The notes below the pieces were generated by a model that was given only the letters and a program-made list of their open reading frames with translations, was not told the DNA's origin and did no database searches. A stretch of 64,000 nucleotides of DNA. Source: Tubulanus polymorphus (lineage: Eukaryota > Animalia > Nemertea). Shown here piece by piece: positions 38,325-64,000 of the stretch. The DNA is taken from the NCBI RefSeq assembly GCF_964204645.1, contig NC_134028.1:21758345-21822344 (forward strand). Direction: 5' to 3'. The position numbers and the translations under genes are program-made. The first letter of the stretch is position 1. Each line of letters starts with the position of its first letter.

Positions 38325-40695
38325 GGTGGGGTAGTAGTGTCATCTCCATTGTCCATCCAAGAGAATAATGCCCCCATCATGCAGTCAAGAGTTTTTTGAG
38401 TAGAGCCTTCGTATTTATGTGGAAATGTCGAGTACAATCCCTATCAGTAATGGTTGTATTGCTGATGACTGACCGGTGGTGGCTATATTGGATTCTAACA
38501 CTGTTTCATTAGGTCAAAATATGATACCAGTACTGCAAACCATTTAATCTTCATCCATTTACGTGAAACCGAACCCTCGAGTTTGGCCATGTCATAGGTT
38601 GCGATGAACGATAACATAATTCATTCAGTTATAATCAATAAGTTTATTTTGTTATTACTTCATTTTATACACGATACTTTATGAAAGTACCTTCTTTTAA
38701 TTTTGTAATGTTAGTATTTTATACTATTACCACATAGGAGGTAATATAATAACTGACAGATCGTATCCACACCTTACTGATATATCAGCATATATACATA
38801 CATACCGATATAACGGTACCAGTATATACCTTTACACTACAAAAAAACGGAATTGCATTGTTTCAAGATTCTTAAAATGCTACGTGACGAACACACATGC
38901 TTTATGATAATATACACTATTCAACTTAGTGATCAGCTACTTTTTCCAGTTTCCAAGCAGTCCCATCGTCACTATCCAGGGTTTGATAGCCTCCTGCCGA
39001 AGCTCACGCCAGTACAAACCCCGGCCGCAGACCTTTTATTGGTCTATTACACCAACCAGGGTTCGTGTTGGCGTGAACTTCGTCAAGAAGCCATCAAACC
39101 CTGGCAAGCGATGTTAGCAAAGTCCACGATTTAACTGCAGCCTCATTTTGCTCTTGTATAGAGGTGCTGGACATAACATCATAGTTTCTTTGCCCATTGG
39201 TGCTGAAGACTTGCCGTGAACAACCACTGGATTTCACAAATTTCACATTAGTCACTTATCGTGTTAGATCACCAATATGGCATAGTCTTGCGGAAAGAGT
39301 GCATTGCTGAACACTTTCATAGCCAATTATGGTAAAACTAATCTTAAGATTTAAGACTAATTTATAATTCTTCAAGTCACGAGGTGAATCAGTGTGGAGA
39401 CCAACATTGGATACAATCATCTACCGTAATTATTTACACGGAGAGGTCACTGAATAGAATACGATTTTGGTTCATTTATTCAAAACTGGGTTTCACGACA
39501 TAATTTTAGTTTGTTACGACTTGTGGAATTCATCCCAGGATAGATCAGACATGAAAAGCCCTAATTGGCACGTTTATTTTGCGGGATACAAACTTATAGC
39601 GCCGCCATTGTCAACAAAAATGTTTGTCGTGCTAACCCAGTTTTATACTGGCCTGAAACATCGGATATTTCACTGATTGTCATTCAGAATTTCCATACAT
39701 CACAACATTTATAGATTCTACAGAATTCTAATGAAGAACTACGCAAATATACCGTAAACACCTGACTCAAATCAATTCAGTTTGAAATCAATGATTTTGC
39801 GCGTTTTAGGGGCCGATCCAGGAGGAAGGGTCTTATGAGGTTCCTGTAAGTGAAATGGTTCTGAAGCTACCTGTTTGATACCGGTAATTCTAATGACAGC
39901 GTATGCTCAATTGATACTCTAATGCGAAGTTCAAAAGTCGAGTTGAAAGTTTTTGAGTCAGGGGGAGACACAAGAGAGTTACTGGAAAATGAATATAAGA
40001 TAAGTTGAAAATTACGAGCTGGATAGTTTATCGATCTTATTTCCAGGGGTGGGTTGAGACCAGTCTAACCTTCAACCCGGGAGTTTAAGTCAGTTGACAA
40101 TGAATTGAGTTAAAACTAGTCCATGAAACATGAAATTTTTAGCCTGGGCCAAATTCGGCCTGACCAAAAACGTCAGACCAGGCTCAAGCCACGTTTGCGT
40201 GGGACAAATAATTGTGTTTGAATTGCAACTGGCTCTGAAAATGACTCCCTTTGCTTTGTTAAGCATTGTTTAGTATGAAGTGAGTGGTCTGCGCATGAAC
40301 GCATCTAATCAGGCACGGGCCAAATTTGGCATGGGCCTGATCCGGGCAAAATCATCCCCGTGTGATCGTGGCTTCAGGTATTCTAAGTATTTTGTTGATT
40401 ATTCGGGATTCTTTAAAGGAAATAAGTTACATGAATAAGGAAATGAATAAGATCCACTGAAAATACCAACCGAAGGCATAGATTGTAAGAGTAAACATGT
40501 GGAGAGAGAAGTCTAGGAATGTAGAAATAACTACCGAAGAAAATCAACAAAAAATATAGTCAGGGCGTCTTATACGACTGATAGTGAGGCTTTCGATAAA
40601 TAAGAAATTTTAAGAAAAATAAAAAATTCACATCTAATTATATCTCACTACATACATTGAATATAACACAATACTGATGATGTTTGATAATTATG

Positions 40696-40734
<39 letters not shown>

Positions 40735-42378
40735 GTCATAATCGTAAAATCATAAAAACACAACCTAACATAACATTTGATTCCGATACACAGACGACAT
40801 TTATACTGTGAGCAAAAAATGTTCTTTACTTTTTTTAATTCTATACCAACACAACTAAAGGTTTATACAATACAATATCAATTTCACTGCGTTACTTTAG
40901 GAGACACGTTGGCTGCTAGCTTGATAATACAGTGCTGCCCCCTAGTTCCATACGAATATATTTGTAGGTTGGCACTGGAGTTGTTACATAGTCAGCCTTA
41001 GCTCCGAATTGACCATTGAGCATTAGAGTATGATGCAAGCCAATCAGGAACTGTGTCATTCATTCCCTTGTGCCGAAGTGCAAATTTCTAACTGTAAATA
41101 TGAAGAATCTTTCCGAATATACTCGTAGCCGCGATCGGTGACAGAATTGGAAATATTCAAGAGTTAATTCATTGCGGGCACTCAACATGTTAACTCAATG
41201 AACTGTCAGCCATTTCTACGTCATTCAGATCTTGGAAAAACCTCACGACTGGACCACAGCCTTTGAATTGTTGCTCGTACACTGTAAACAGCCAGTAGGA
41301 CTTGATTGTCACTCGGCACTGATAGTGAACGCAACAGCATCACACCTCACCCCAAAGAGCTACTTGGTGCATCACCGGCCAGTCAGAAACACGATCGCGA
41401 TGGTTGTATCAGCTACGAGGTTACTCACAGTAGCAATGTTGCTACCGGAGGCAGCTCAGCTCCAGAAACGGAACTGCACTGAAAATCACCTACATAATTA
41501 TATTTGTTACTGTTACAAAATGAAAATATCGAACATACAGTAATACAGCATGCAGTGTACACTATACATACATGTTTAAATCCTCATATAAAAAAACTCG
41601 GGTCCAGTTTTGCCGACTGGTTTTCGAGGCCAGTCGCAACGTTTATAGGTCAGCCCTATACTGGGTTCATAAATTATTCAACTATGACGCGTCAATCTAA
41701 GCAAGATAACTGACACCTGATTAATGTAATCAAATATGTTTGAATTACTGGACCAATAAAGTGAATTACGCAATACATAACCATCGAAATCTAGATAAAA
41801 ATGTTGAATCTAAATTTTGCACCAATGACAATTAAAAAAGCGTATTTGAAACTGTACAAATTCTTCGCTAATACTAATAATAATAATATCAATTATCCTT
41901 CATACATTGTATATTCAATGTACGAGGCCATTTGTATAAAGTACGTACCGGTACACAAGATGATTTTTGACCCCTTCCATCCAGTCCCTAATGTGGGCAA
42001 TTCCAAGTATTATGTACATAGGAAGAAGTGGCCGATTTTTCACAGCCCTTATGCACGCAATTTCAATTTGATATCACGCGACCAATTTTTGACCCCTTCC
42101 TCGCCTACCCCATGAATGCACAAGTACTATACAACAAACGGCCCTAGAACCACAATTCCATTCATTTTGATTTCCTCATATTGTTTGAAGCCTGATATCT
42201 AGTGTTCCGGAAGGCATTGTATAGAGAAGCCTCGACGCGGCAGAGATACATTCAAATTGTTCTTATGTTTCGTTTTGTTGCCAGCAACGTAAATCGGTAA
42301 GAAAATATTAGGCATCACTACATTAATATATACCATATATACATATATTCACGGGGGGGGGGGGGGGGGGGGCGTATT

Positions 42379-62507
<20,129 letters not shown>

Positions 62508-64000
62508 CGTTTTTTTAATTATTGTTTTTTTTCTATTTCGGGCACCAGATTTCACGCAGTTTAAAAAAACGTAACGCCGAATTCTAGACAGTTACAGCGA
62601 CGGCCATATTTCAAACGAACGATATTGAAGCCGACTGAAAACTCTTTTCTTGCCATTCCTGATCGGATCCTACGTGAACAGAAAAAACGCCAGCTTTTTC
62701 ATGCCTAACTACCGTCAACACAATGGAGCCGACCCAGGCCTAGAATAAAACATGAAAGTACCGATTAAATGATGTTTTTAAGCGAGCTAGGACGGAAAAT
62801 ACCATCGATTTAAGCAGTCGGTTTTTTTGGGACACCAAATGGCAAATAGGCCTAGGCCTAAATACTACATTATCAATTTATTATCACTACTACCGGTTAC
62901 ATTATTAAGGGTCAGTTCTTTCTAGGGCTAGGATTAGTGTGGACCAGGAATTATCGTCAAAGGCTTAGTACTAGAGTAGAATTTGAATGAGTCACTCACT
63001 CACTGTGAGTGTCAAATTCTGCTGCTGCATTCTAACCTGAACCACCAACAACACTTCATACAGAGATTAAAAATAACCATAAATATCACCGTCGATAAAT
63101 AACCCAGAGCTACGTGATCAGACTTTTATTAACATTGATTGATGATTGATTTGGATTCGGTGTTGCTGCTGCTGCTGCCGAGGAGAGAGAGAAGATACGG
63201 ATTGCCAATAATGATTCCTTTTATTAAGGACCTTCTTATTATTAGAAATTAGAGATTAACTTCAGAAGAACCATTTCAATGTAACCTACCTCTCTTCTAC
63301 CTTCTTAAACCACCAACAACGGAAAGATTTTTCCCTTAGTCTTCCTTAGAATCTCAAAATCCTTCCAAGTAGCCTGGCTATGCTCCACTCAAGAATGATA
63401 TCCCCGTTCCCGAGATTCATCGGAGTCTCGAACGTCCGTGCAGCATCGACTCGAGAAATCAATCCAGGTTGCAGCTGCGCGGTGAATACTAAATGGCAAA
63501 CTAATCGGTATACAGCAGATGAAATGACGCCGGGTGCTGATAACTCAGCTTAACTTAATTCGAATATCATTTACATTCAATCTATAACTGTATGGGAAAT
63601 ACGATTTCTCATAAATTGTGTTAATTTCATTGGTCCCAAATTATCTAGATTAAGCAGAATGAGAAAACTTATCACATAACACAAGCCAGTCAACAAATCA
63701 GATACGGCACCTTTTTTGGACCAAATTGCTGAGGGTTTTATCCAGTGCTTGTAAAAAAAATGCAGTCAAATCAACCAGATGGTAATTAATAAATTCATAG
63801 TCAAAATCCTTTATGGACCAAGGAATTTCCTCTTTCGAAGGAATTTATCCAGTACATGTAAAAGAAAAATGAAGTCAAATCAACCAGATTGTAATTGATA
63901 AATTCATTTTTAATATGGCAAACTTCTTTTTTATTCTGTCTATTACAAATAAATAGACGATCGTTGTATAGGCTACATCATATACACATATATCACAGAT

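Overview
AT-rich, intron-containing animal genomic DNA, probably a marine invertebrate (inferred from dermatopontin/WSC genes, a Nin/Deu-type SINE and many MITEs). Gene models were read by hand from GT-AG junctions. (1) A head-to-head paralogous pair of secreted dermatopontin/HAAF-like + aerolysin-type beta-pore-forming proteins at 1.4-10.9 kb; the second also has four WSC domains. (2) An intronless coiled-coil + Penelope-type GIY-YIG endonuclease ORF with no reverse transcriptase and a nearby hammerhead-like motif (12.4-13.8 kb). (3) A Rab11-FIP3/4 (nuf-like) gene on + (15.6-32.5 kb) with micro-exons and a UGA-CUAG stop followed by a coding-like 20-codon extension. (4) A complete NDST (sulfateless) gene on - (62.5-42.4 kb). 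Main result: NDST has two duplicated 116-nt exons that cannot both be included in frame and that encode the metal-binding HxxxH motif of the deacetylase site. The flanking introns contain several colinear complementary blocks resembling Dscam-style competing docking/selector RNA pairings on both sides of the pair. All pairings were found by eye and need folding and conservation tests.
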